Notes under the pieces: model-generated
Databases searched by the model: none
Told to the model about the DNA's origin: nothing
Seen by the model: the letters and a program-made list of their open reading frames with translations, nothing else
Made by a program: the position numbers and the translations under genes
Shown here: positions 21,058 to 30,663 of the stretch, one piece after another
Layout of the letters: each line of letters opens with the position of its first letter
Position numbering within the stretch: position 1 is the stretch's first letter
Assembly (NCBI GenBank): GCA_963696385.1
Contig: CAVOKF010000007.1
Coordinates: 864,001-928,000, forward strand
Source: an uncultured delta proteobacterium
GTDB taxonomy: Bacteria; Myxococcota_A; Polyangia; Polyangiales; Polyangiaceae
Reading direction: 5' to 3'
DNA length: 64,000 nt

Positions 21058-23232
21058 ATGGAAAGAATTTATCGATATTCGGCACTCATCAGCGTGATCG
21101 TCGCCGCCGCATGCGCCACCTCCAGCACCGAGAGTGGCTTTACCGGGCAGCCCGTCACCGGCCAGAACTCATCGGACGCCAGCGGGAACCTGGTCGCGAC
21201 ACTCGGGGGCGGCAATAACGGCGACGCCAGTTTGACTGGCACGCACCCGAGCGCGGGCCCCGACGCCGGAAACGATTCGGGCTTGGTCATCGGTGCCGAC
21301 GGCGCGGTCGTCGGCTCGTGCGTCGTCGGTCGCACGTGCGACCCGACCTGCGACCAGCTCGCGGAGAACGGCGAGCACACGTACATCGAGCCGAAACCGG
21401 ACGATGGGTCGCCGCTTCCGCCCGGCCCGGTCACGTCGCTCGCCGCCATGTTCACCGGAGCGGCGACGTCGGGAGGGCCCTGCATCATCGACCCGCCCAA
21501 CGGATCGCTATTTCCCAATAACTGGCTGCGCCCGCGCATCTACTTCGCCCCGGCCGCCAATACCACCAACTATTATCAGATTCGCATTCACACCACTCGC
21601 CAGATGAACGATCTGGTCGTCTACACGGAGAGCATCAGCTGGGAGATCCCGGCGGACATCTGGGCGGCACTGGCCGCATCGACGTGGGGCGAGGACATCA
21701 CCGTCACGGTCAGCGAAGTGGCCGCCACCGGCGGTAGCGCGACGAGCTCGCAAGTCAGTTTCCAAATCGCGCCGGCCGACGCGAACGGCTCGATGATCTA
21801 TTGGGCCGCCGTGGGCGACACGGACGGGTTCTCCTGGCTCGAAGGGTTCCGCGTCGGCGACGAGGGAGTGTCGACGGTGCTCACGGTGCCGACCGGGCCG
21901 TTCGCCGCGGCGGCGACCAACTCGCAGTGGACCTGGTCGCGCGATTCGGGCGGCAACCTGTCCACGACGAACCGGGACACGAACGTGGCCTTGACTCCGA
22001 CCGGCGATGCGCAGTGCATCGGATGCCACGTGGCCGTGCCCGACGGCAACAGCGTCGCCTTCGTCGATTTTTATCCATGGGACGGGGTGACGAGCGCGGT
22101 CAACACGGGCGACGTCGGGCAGAACCCCACGTGGCTCACTCCCGGAGGCGCGGAGGCCCTCAGCCAGGGTTGGATCGGAATGCTGGCGTTCTCGTCGGGC
22201 GCCTGGAATAGCGGCAATCATCTCGTCATCACGTCGTCGCAGGTGCCGCAGACTTCGACGAACAACCCCTGGGCCGCGGGCGGGGCGGGCGGGGACCTGG
22301 CCGCGACCAACCTGATCTGGATCGACCTTTCGACCACGGCCGCGCCGACTTTCGTCTCGGCGGCGGGCACTCCGCTGCCGTCCATATCCGTTCCATCCGC
22401 GCCGTTTGTGGCCAATCAGGGCACGACTTACGGTTACATCGACCGCGGGGGCGACAAGAACAGCGCGGGCACGCCGGCGTGGAGCCACGACGGAACGAAG
22501 GTCGTCTACGCCTCGAACAACGCGCCCGAGTCTGGACGCTTGGCCACCGGGACTTCGGACCTCTACGTGCTGCCGTTCGACGTGGCGACCAAGCAGGCGA
22601 CGGCCGCCGCGGGCCCCCTGCAGGGGGCCGCGAGCGCCGGCGTGAACGAATACTATCCGGCGTTCTCGCCCGACGACAAATACGTGGCGTTCAACTCCGC
22701 ACCGCCCGCCAATGCAATGTACTACAACGCGGACGCGGAGATTTACGTCGTCCCCTCCGGCGGCGCCGCGACGCCGACGCGCCTCGATGCGAACTCTCCG
22801 GCCGCGTGCATGAAGGGACAGGATGGGGGCGCCGCGGTGAGCCCCGGGGTCACCAACAGCTGGGCGCGATGGTCGCCGGAGTATCCCACCTGCAGCGGAA
22901 AGACGTACTACTGGCTGATTTTCTCTTCGTCCCGTTTGGGGATCCCTTTCCAATACACGGCAAAACCGCAGAACTTCAAAAAGGGGGCGGCTCCGACCGT
23001 GACGGGAGGCTTCACGGAGCCCACGTCGCAGCTTTACCTGACCGGCATCGTCGACGACGGATCCGGCACACTGACCACCTATCCGGCCACGTACATCTGG
23101 AATCAGCCGATCACCGCGACGGCCGGGGGCGTGAGCTGGAATCAGAGCAATCATACGCCGGCCTGGGAAGTCGTCGAAATTCAGCCTCCCCCCCCGACGC
23201 CGCCGCCAGCGCCGCCGCCGCCGCCACGCTGA
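21058..23232 (+). CDS. TolB-like (PD40 beta-propeller) lipoprotein with a CxxCH motif
   Basis: Lipobox AAAC; PAWSHDGTKVVY, YPAFSPDDKYVAF, WARWSP; CIGCH; poly-Pro C-terminus. Confidence 0.8.
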   Translation: MERIYRYSALISVIVAAACATSSTESGFTGQPVTGQNSSDASGNLVATLGGGNNGDASLTGTHPSAGPDAGNDSGLVIGADGAVVGSCVVGRTCDPTCDQLAENGEHTYIEPKPDDGSPLPPGPVTSLAAMFTGAATSGGPCIIDPPNGSLFPNNWLRPRIYFAPAANTTNYYQIRIHTTRQMNDLVVYTESISWEIPADIWAALAASTWGEDITVTVSEVAATGGSATSSQVSFQIAPADANGSMIYWAAVGDTDGFSWLEGFRVGDEGVSTVLTVPTGPFAAAATNSQWTWSRDSGGNLSTTNRDTNVALTPTGDAQCIGCHVAVPDGNSVAFVDFYPWDGVTSAVNTGDVGQNPTWLTPGGAEALSQGWIGMLAFSSGAWNSGNHLVITSSQVPQTSTNNPWAAGGAGGDLAATNLIWIDLSTTAAPTFVSAAGTPLPSISVPSAPFVANQGTTYGYIDRGGDKNSAGTPAWSHDGTKVVYASNNAPESGRLATGTSDLYVLPFDVATKQATAAAGPLQGAASAGVNEYYPAFSPDDKYVAFNSAPPANAMYYNADAEIYVVPSGGAATPTRLDANSPAACMKGQDGGAAVSPGVTNSWARWSPEYPTCSGKTYYWLIFSSSRLGIPFQYTAKPQNFKKGAAPTVTGGFTEPTSQLYLTGIVDDGSGTLTTYPATYIWNQPITATAGGVSWNQSNHTPAWEVVEIQPPPPTPPPAPPPPPR

Positions 23233-23326
23233 ACGAGTTCAATTTCCGTCGCGCTTCTTGGTATGGTGCGGCGGCGAACCCGTCGGCTCGGGTCTTCGCC
23301 GAGCGAACGGCCAGCCCAACGGAGCC

Positions 23327-24854
23327 ATGCCCGACGACCCTGACAAGAGTGTGACGCTCGCGATACCGGGGGTCGTGCAAGTTCGTCCGCTTTCCGCGGG
23401 CAAAAGCGCGGTGCGAATCGGTCCCTCGGCCGGGTGGCTGGAGCCGAAGGGACTGTCCTGCTGGGAAAGCGAGCTCTCATTCGTCGTACGCGGGGACCTG
23501 ACCGCGACGCTCGCTCGCGCGGTCCGCGCCACTCTCCCGGTCGAACAGAATCGCGCCGAAACGTTTCCCCATGGCGCACCAGGCCGTCGAAGTCAGCCCG
23601 CTATTGCCCATTGCGGCCAATCTGGCCGCAAGCGTGCGGGGCGAGGGTGTTCGCGTGCACACGGTGGGAGTGGACCGCGTGTCTTCAGGCTTTTACTACT
23701 TTGCCGAAGGCGGTCCGGGCGACGCCGTGCGGGTGCAGGGCAACCTGGTCGAGATGCTCGCCCCTTCGCTGACCGCAGCGAGCAGCAACGCGGAGATCTC
23801 CGCGCTCGTCGACGGCCTCATCGACCGCCTTCTCGCGCAGCTTTCCGATGGGGTCGTGTCGGAGCTCGACGTCGAACTCGCCGATGCGCTGCCCCGTCTG
23901 TCGCGCGACGGAACGGGGCTTTTGGGCACGGATCTCGACGCCTTCGATTCGCAGGCACGCGCTCTCGCCGCGGGGTCGCAGCGCTGGGCCGCCTCCGGAT
24001 TGCCGCTCGCCCAAGCCCTTGCGGCCGCCGCGCGGCTCGGACAAACGTTCGCGCGCGTGCCTCTCTTCGGAGAAGCGCGCCTGGAAAGTCCCACGTCACT
24101 CGATGTGCTGGTCGGCGGGCGCGTGCAGCGGCTGCCGGGGCGGCCTCTCTGGACGGTCCAGGGCACCCCTCGCGACGATGCGGCGGCGACTGGCGTCGAA
24201 GCCCGTGCGGAGCCCAACGGACTCGCCGGCTCCGCAGCGCGCTCGCATTCGCTCGACGTTGTGGGGGCCGAGTCCACGGCAACGGCCACACCACGCTCCG
24301 GGATCGACACGATCGAGGCCATGGCGAAGACGGAGAAAGAGCCCCCGGCTGGCGCAAAGGCCACACCGCCGATCGAACCGCGCGCGCCGGCGCCGACCAC
24401 CGCCCCCGCCGAACCGACAATCATCCCCGCCCCAATCGTGACGGTCACCGCCGCGTCCGCTTCGCCCGAACCCGAGAGCGCCGTCGCGCCCTTCGCGGCG
24501 CTCGGACCTGAGCCGCCACCTGCCCACACACCGGCGACCGCTCCGTCCGACCTCTCCCCGCTTGCCACGACGCCCTCGTCGGTGGCGCCGCCGCGATTGC
24601 CCGCCCCCGAGCAGCCATCCACGCGGGCCAAAGAAGCCGAACGGCCATCGCCAGTACCGGCGCAATCCAGCTCCCTAGCCGCCTCCGGAGGCCAGCCCCA
24701 GGAGTCGCCGCTGCCGGCTGCCGCGATCGCGCCCGCCCCGTCCGCCGTTCCGAGCACGAGCCGAGGGATCGGGGCGATCATCCTGCTGGTGCTCGCGGTG
24801 ATCGCCTACTTCGTCGGACGTTTCATGAGGCGCCACTTCACGAAGCTGCCCTGA
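23327..24854 (+). CDS. Hypothetical protein with Pro/Ala-rich linker and C-terminal TM anchor; probable +1 frameshift at about 23549
   Basis: ATG 23327 with GGAG RBS. Removing one A from CAGAATCG fuses MPDDPDKS... to ORF 23571-24854. C-terminal GIGAIILLVLAVIAYFVGR. Confidence 0.65.
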
Positions 24855-25109
24855 GGCGCCCGCCGATCGCGCGGGACACCCCGGAAATGGCGTGGACGAG
24901 CGCGCTCCCACGCTCCGCCGCCGATGGACGGCCACGGACCGTCGGACCGGCGGCCCGATCCTTGACTGTCCCCTCGGTGCCCTCCGCCGGCACCTGGTCC
25001 GGACCTTGCGCGCGCTCGAGTCGTGCCTACCATTTGAGCTACAAAGATCCACATGCGGGCGCGTCGGAACGGCTCCAGCGCGTCACGGTAGCTGGGTCAG
25101 GAAGTCGTC

Positions 25110-25442
25110 ATGAGCAGTATTAGCGAAAGCCAGCAAGTTAGTCCGCAGGAAGTTGCATCACTGAGTGGTGCCGTTGTCCCCCAGGTCGAATCCGCTCCAG
25201 CTGAGCAGGAGTTGCGGCCTGACGCGCCACCCACGTCATCCGCTGCCGATGCCGCGCATCCACGGCGGCCTCGTGGGTTTGCGGCCATCGACCGCAAGCT
25301 CTTGGCGGAAATCGCCAGCAAAGGCGGCAAAGCCGCCCATTCGGCCGGAACGGCTCACGAGTTCACGAGCGACGAGGCACGCGCGGCCGGGCGCAAGGGC
25401 GGGCTCGCCACCCATGCCAAGCGGCGCAAGATCGAACCGTAA
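25110..25442 (+). CDS. KGG-repeat general stress protein
   Basis: RGFAA...EIASKGGKAAH...AHEFTSDEARAAGRKGG. Confidence 0.9.
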   Translation: MSSISESQQVSPQEVASLSGAVVPQVESAPAEQELRPDAPPTSSAADAAHPRRPRGFAAIDRKLLAEIASKGGKAAHSAGTAHEFTSDEARAAGRKGGLATHAKRRKIEP

Positions 25443-25686
25443 GGCGCGGTCGCGGCCATCACCCCGCTGGCGACCCGAGTGGCCGCGTAACGTCCCCCCT
25501 CGGGGTGCGTGCATCTTTCGGAGAATCGGGAATTCACGCGTGGACGTCCGCATGGCCAATCCGCCGGGACTCGTGACCCGGCTGGTTGGCTTGCTCGGTT
25601 CTCCGGTCTCCGGCGGTTTTTTCTCCGGCGGTCTCCTGCGGGATTCTCGAGTTCTCTGGCTCGGCGGATTCTCGAGCGGCACGCTT

Positions 25687-26112
25687 TTACGGTTCCTCGT
25701 CTTTGCGCGCGGTCTTGGTGCGCGATCGCCGCTTTTTGTCGTCGATGCGTCGCTCGACACTTCCCTGAGTCGGACTCGTTCGGCGTCGGGGGCGAGGCCG
25801 CTCCAGGGCCCGAAGGACGACGGCACGGATCTTATCTCGGGCGTCTTCGAGGTTCATTTTCTGGTCGCGCGTCCGCTGACTCGTGACGCGAAGCCGGCCG
25901 TCGGCGGCGAGCGCACCCGCGGCAAGGCGGCGCAGCCGTTCGCGCGCCGTGGCGTCGAGCCCGGCGATACGCAAGAGGTCGACGCGAAGCTCGACCTTGC
26001 TCGCCACTTTGTTGACGTTCTGGCCGCCGGGACCCCCCGAACGCACGGCGCGCATCTCCATCGCCTCTGCCGGCACGACGACGCCCGGACGAACGAGCAG
26101 CGGCTCGGTCAT
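25687..26112 (-). CDS. arfB: Alternative ribosome-rescue peptidyl-tRNA hydrolase
   Basis: RSGGPGGQNVNKV (GGQ), QRTRDQKMN, basic C-terminal tail. Confidence 0.93.
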   Translation of the reverse strand: MTEPLLVRPGVVVPAEAMEMRAVRSGGPGGQNVNKVASKVELRVDLLRIAGLDATARERLRRLAAGALAADGRLRVTSQRTRDQKMNLEDARDKIRAVVLRALERPRPRRRTSPTQGSVERRIDDKKRRSRTKTARKDEEP

Positions 26113-27746
26113 TGCGCGAGCAACGAGGCGACTCCCGCGATCGCCTCAGCAATGATGCGCTCCAGGTGATCGCCCGAGCGGAAGCTCTCTGCGTAGATTT
26201 TATACACGTCTTCCGTGCCGCTCGGTCGGACCGCAAACCAACCCTGATCGCTCGTGACCTTGAGACCACCGAGATCGGCGCCGTTGCCCGCAGCGATCCG
26301 GCGCGCCGTGATCGCGTCACCGGCGAGCGAGGGTGCCTTCCAGTCCTCTGCGCGGAGCGCGCGCAGGCGCTCTCGGATCGGGCGCGTCGCCGGCGCGTCT
26401 CGTCTCTCGTAGAAAGACCGGCCGAGCGCGGCCTCGATCGCGGCGTACTGTCGGCCTGGATCGCGGCCTGTCACCGAAAGGATTTCACACGCCAGAAGGG
26501 CGAGGACAATTCCGTCCTTGTCGGTTGTCCAGGTCGATCCGTCACGTGCGAGCAGAGACGCCCCGGCGCTCTCCTCGCCGCCGAATGCGAGCGTTCGGTC
26601 CGCAAGCCCGGCAACGAACCATTTGAACCCGACGGGGACCTCGACGACGCTTCTGCCTCGACTCTGCGCTACGCGGCGGATCACATCGCTCGACACCGCG
26701 GTCATTCCGATGGCGGCCGACGCCGGCCAATCGGGTCGATGCTGCAGCAGGTAGTCGACGGCCGCGGACAAATAATGATTCGGGGGGAGCAAGCCGAAGC
26801 CCGGCGTGACGACGCCATGCCGATCGGCATCGCCGTCATTTCCGAGGGCGATGTCGAACCGGTCGCGTTGCGCGATGAGGTGGGCCATCGCGTACGGAGA
26901 AGAACAGTCGGTCCGGATGCGCCCATCGTGGTCCAAGGGCAGAAAGCGGAACGTCTTGTCGACCGTACGATTGATCACCGTCAGATCGAGCGGATAGCGC
27001 TCGGCGATTCGGCCCCAGTATTCGACACTCGCCCCACCCATCGGATCGACACCCACCTTGGGACGGGCTCGAGCGATGGCCTCGAGATCGATCGCCAGCG
27101 CAAGGTCATCGACATAGCGTCCTATGAAATCGTAGGTCCCGATGGCACCTTCGCGCGTGGCGCGTTCGACCGGAGTCCGTGCGATCGACGCCGGCGATGC
27201 GGCCAGGAGCTCGTTGGCGCGGCGCTCGATCCAAGTCGTGATCGCGGCTTCGGCGGGCCCCCCGTGCGGAGGGTCGTACTTGAAGCCGCCGTCTTCCGGC
27301 GGGTTGTGCGACGGCGTGATGACAATCCCGTCCGCACGCGCCCCGATCGCGCGATTGTGCGTCACGATCGCTCGCGAGACGGCGGGCGTCGGCGTATAGC
27401 CGCCGCCCGATGCGACGAGGGCCCGCACTCCGCGCGCGGCCAGCACCTCGAGCGCCGTCGTATGGGCCGGGACCGAAAGCGCGTGCGTATCCATGCCGAC
27501 GTACAGCGGCCCATCGATCTGGTGCGCCTCGCGCCAGTCGCAAATGGCCTGGGTGATGGCCGCGATGTGATCCTCATTGAAGCTGCGACGCAGCGACGAT
27601 CCGCGGTGACCCGAGGTTCCAAACGAGACCCGTTCCGCGGGCACCTTGCTATCGGGGTGCGCGTCGTAATAAGCGCGCTCGAGCTTGCCGAGATCGACGA
27701 GGCTGGCTGCGGGAGCCGGTTGGCCGGCGCGGGGGTCAAGGCTCAT
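26109..27746 (-). CDS. pgm: Phosphoglucomutase (alpha-D-glucose-1,6-bisphosphate-dependent)
   Basis: FGTSGHRGSS, ITPSHNPP, DGDADRH, GGEESAGAS, RPSGTEDVYKIYAESF. Confidence 0.95.
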   Translation of the reverse strand: MSLDPRAGQPAPAASLVDLGKLERAYYDAHPDSKVPAERVSFGTSGHRGSSLRRSFNEDHIAAITQAICDWREAHQIDGPLYVGMDTHALSVPAHTTALEVLAARGVRALVASGGGYTPTPAVSRAIVTHNRAIGARADGIVITPSHNPPEDGGFKYDPPHGGPAEAAITTWIERRANELLAASPASIARTPVERATREGAIGTYDFIGRYVDDLALAIDLEAIARARPKVGVDPMGGASVEYWGRIAERYPLDLTVINRTVDKTFRFLPLDHDGRIRTDCSSPYAMAHLIAQRDRFDIALGNDGDADRHGVVTPGFGLLPPNHYLSAAVDYLLQHRPDWPASAAIGMTAVSSDVIRRVAQSRGRSVVEVPVGFKWFVAGLADRTLAFGGEESAGASLLARDGSTWTTDKDGIVLALLACEILSVTGRDPGRQYAAIEAALGRSFYERRDAPATRPIRERLRALRAEDWKAPSLAGDAITARRIAAGNGADLGGLKVTSDQGWFAVRPSGTEDVYKIYAESFRSGDHLERIIAEAIAGVASLLAQ

Positions 27747-27858
27747 GGCGTGTTGGACGATCCATGTCCCATGCGGCCGGCGCGAGTCAATTGGCGCGAG
27801 TCGATTTCGCCCGACCGCCGTTTCGAAGGCGCGATTCCCCTCGATAGGCTCGCTTTAG

Positions 27859-28045
27859 GCGACGATCGCCGGCGCGGGACTCGACGTTTTCGAGACCGAA
27901 TCGCTGCCGCCCTCGAGCCCGTTTCGGAGGTTGCCGAACGTCATCGTCACGCCTCACGTGGCCGGCCGCACGCCTCGTTACTTCACGCGCGCGGCATCCC
28001 TCTTCGCGGGCAACCTCGTGCCGTTTGGGCGCGATCGACCCGGCA
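27859..28045 (+). pseudogene. C-terminal remnant of a D-isomer-specific 2-hydroxyacid dehydrogenase
   Basis: Translates as TIAGAGLDVFETESLPPSSPFRRLPNVIVTPHVAGRTPRYFTRAASLFAGNL; an in-frame TAG at 27856 precedes it and no N-terminal domains are present. Confidence 0.8.
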
Positions 28046-29333
28046 AGCGAATCCAGAACACCACCGCGACGACCAGGTGCGTCACGGAGGTGGAAAGGGC
28101 TATTCCCGAAAGGCCGAGCCCGCCCACGAAGAGCGCGTTCAGCCCGGCGTTCAGCGTACTGTTGAGAACTCCCATACCGGGCATGATGCGACTGTTTTGC
28201 AAGGCTACGTGTGCGCGCGCGAGAACGAGCAGCGCACCGAACGGGGCCGACCCGGCGAGCGCCCAGGGCACGATGGCCGCAATGCGGGCGACGCCGGCAC
28301 AATCCATCGCCCCATGCGAGAACAAGAGCGCGCAGAGCGGAGCACTCGCTGCGCCCAGGACGAGGCCGAGCCCGATGAGCAGAGCGCAGACGACGGCCAG
28401 CGTCCGTCGCGTGGTGGCGAGAAATTGCGACGGGCGATTCGCTTCGTGCGAAAGGCGAGTGAGCAGGACGGGAAAGAGCGTCGCCTGGAGAAGCGATGTC
28501 GGCAGCGACGCGACGTCGCCGGCGTACCGCACGAGCGTGCCGCCACCCACCACGCCAGCCAAGCCGGCCATCAGCTGATCGATGAGCGGATTGATTCGCG
28601 TGATGAGAGAGCCGGTCATCTCGAGCCGCACCAGCGCGAAGATGCGGCGCAGCGGCTCGGATCGGTCCAAGTTGGGCGCGACTCGAAGACCGAGAGCGCG
28701 GCGTGCGATGAGCGCCAGTACGCCGATGGCGACAATCTCGCCGGCGAGCATCGCCAGGGGTATCGCACGCACGCCGAGCGTCCGCCTGCCCGCGAACAGC
28801 ACCGCCCACGTCAGCGCCATGCCGAGGCCGCTTCCTATCGGGTGCGCGCGAAAGACTCCGTGCGCATTGAGCACCCCGACATAAAATGAGCGTACTCCCG
28901 TCGCGATCGTTCCGATCGACATCAAGACGACGAGCTCGAGAGAGACGCGATGAAGGGGCGACACGAGGCCGGCTGCGAGGGCCGCGAGACTGCCCATGGT
29001 CAAGGCGACGGCACCGCCCGCGGCGATCGTGTACCCCAGCAGAGCGCCGGCCAAACGCGACACGTTCGCGGGCTCCCGGATGCCCACTTCAATCAGCACC
29101 GGCACCGCCCCCGAATCTTGGAAAGCACCGGTGACCACGGCGCCGGCAAACACGAAATAAGCGGCCAAAAGATAATAAAGATCCGTTTCGGCCGTCCGTC
29201 CGAAAAATGCCGCGAGCGCCAGCGGAAGCACCGCTTCGCCTCCTCGCAGCAGGACTTGGAACGGCAACAGCCCGAGGGCCGTGCGGGCAAGGGCGGGGAC
29301 CGGGCGGGCGGTCGCGGGCGCCGGTTCGGTCAT
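27978..29333 (-). CDS. murJ: MurJ/MviN-like (MOP superfamily) flippase
   Basis: Multiple TM helices, FFGRTAETDLY, IDQLMA...YA...LP...LFP pattern; ATG overlaps the glycosyltransferase stop (ATGA). Confidence 0.75.
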   Translation of the reverse strand: MTEPAPATARPVPALARTALGLLPFQVLLRGGEAVLPLALAAFFGRTAETDLYYLLAAYFVFAGAVVTGAFQDSGAVPVLIEVGIREPANVSRLAGALLGYTIAAGGAVALTMGSLAALAAGLVSPLHRVSLELVVLMSIGTIATGVRSFYVGVLNAHGVFRAHPIGSGLGMALTWAVLFAGRRTLGVRAIPLAMLAGEIVAIGVLALIARRALGLRVAPNLDRSEPLRRIFALVRLEMTGSLITRINPLIDQLMAGLAGVVGGGTLVRYAGDVASLPTSLLQATLFPVLLTRLSHEANRPSQFLATTRRTLAVVCALLIGLGLVLGAASAPLCALLFSHGAMDCAGVARIAAIVPWALAGSAPFGALLVLARAHVALQNSRIMPGMGVLNSTLNAGLNALFVGGLGLSGIALSTSVTHLVVAVVFWIRLPGRSRPNGTRLPAKRDAARVK

Positions 29334-30418
29334 GAAGCCTTCGACACGGATTGATACACCGCGCGGTAGCCTTCGCACATGCGGCCGAGATCGCAGTGCG
29401 CGACGACGAAACGACGACCTTCGACACCCATTGCGCGCAGGCCGGCCCGATCGGCTCTCGCGCGCAGGATGGCCCCCGCGAAGGCCTCGGCGGTCGCCTC
29501 GGATACGAGCCATCCGGTGACGCCGGGCTGAACGATCTCGGGGATGCCCCCTCCGGCGAACGCGATGACCGGACGCTCCATCGCCAGCGCCTCGAGCACC
29601 GAGAGGCCGAGCGGTTCGTCGTCGGAAGTGTTCAGGATGGCGTCGCACTGCGCGACGAAGGGCCGCGGATCGGCGTGACGACCCACGAAGGTCACCGAGG
29701 CGCCTCGTGCGCGAGCCAGCGCCTCGAGCCGACGCCGCTCTTCTCCCTCACCGACGACTACGAGGTCGACCTCGGCCAGAGCCGCTGCCTCGATGGCGAG
29801 ATGCACGCGCTTCCACGCGGTGAGTCGGCACACGATTCCGACGCGAAGAGCCCCATCGCTCGCCGGCCCAGGAACCCAGTAGAGCGGGTCGACGCCGTTT
29901 CGGACGACGGTGGTCCGTGCCGCCGCCCGAGGTGCGGTTCGCGCGAGCACCGAATGAACGTAGCGGCTCACCGCGATGAACCGTTCGGTGCGCGCGGCAG
30001 CCCAGCGCGTAAACGGCGAACAGCTCGGATCGAAATAATGCATGACATGGTGCTCGGTACGCACCTGGGGCAGCCCCGCGCGGCGCGCAGCTCGTGTTCC
30101 GAGCACGTGGGACGCGAACGTGTGCGTGTGGACGAGGTCGATGCGTTCGGCAACGAGTAGGGCCGCCAGCCAAGCGACGTCAGCGGGGCCGAGAGAGCGA
30201 TAAAGATAGGCAAACGGGTTGTCGCGCGCCGCACCTCGATCGTGAATCCTGACCCCGCAGGAGATCAGATAATCGGCGAGCGCGCGATTGGGCGTAATCA
30301 CTGCCGCTTGATGGATCGCGCCAGTCTGTTCGGAGCGGCAGGCGAGCTGCGTGAGGAGCCGCTCCGCTCCGCCGATGTCCCCTCCCACGACGACGTGCAT
30401 CACGCGCAATCGGCTCAT
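29330..30418 (-). CDS. Glycosyltransferase family 4 (GT-B)
   Basis: VMHVVVGGDIGGAE, VHTH, VVRNGVD, EPLGLSVLEALA, GGIPEIV. Confidence 0.9.
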   Translation of the reverse strand: MSRLRVMHVVVGGDIGGAERLLTQLACRSEQTGAIHQAAVITPNRALADYLISCGVRIHDRGAARDNPFAYLYRSLGPADVAWLAALLVAERIDLVHTHTFASHVLGTRAARRAGLPQVRTEHHVMHYFDPSCSPFTRWAAARTERFIAVSRYVHSVLARTAPRAAARTTVVRNGVDPLYWVPGPASDGALRVGIVCRLTAWKRVHLAIEAAALAEVDLVVVGEGEERRRLEALARARGASVTFVGRHADPRPFVAQCDAILNTSDDEPLGLSVLEALAMERPVIAFAGGGIPEIVQPGVTGWLVSEATAEAFAGAILRARADRAGLRAMGVEGRRFVVAHCDLGRMCEGYRAVYQSVSKAS

Positions 30419-30663
30419 TCGAGAGCGCCGTTTCCGAAGGCTGGCCGTACTCGGAACCGATGCGCGGGCGCCGGATACCATGTCGCGCGAAGACTTTCCA
30501 GCCGACGTCTGCGAACGGGAGAACGGCCACGCCGACGAAAACCCAACCAATCCGATGCCACGGCGGATCTGGCGGACCCGTCCCTCGCACCGGTCGGCGG
30601 CGGCGAGCGTCCCCACCATGCCGAAACGCGTCGGCAACCGAAGCATCGTAGACTGCCGGCACT

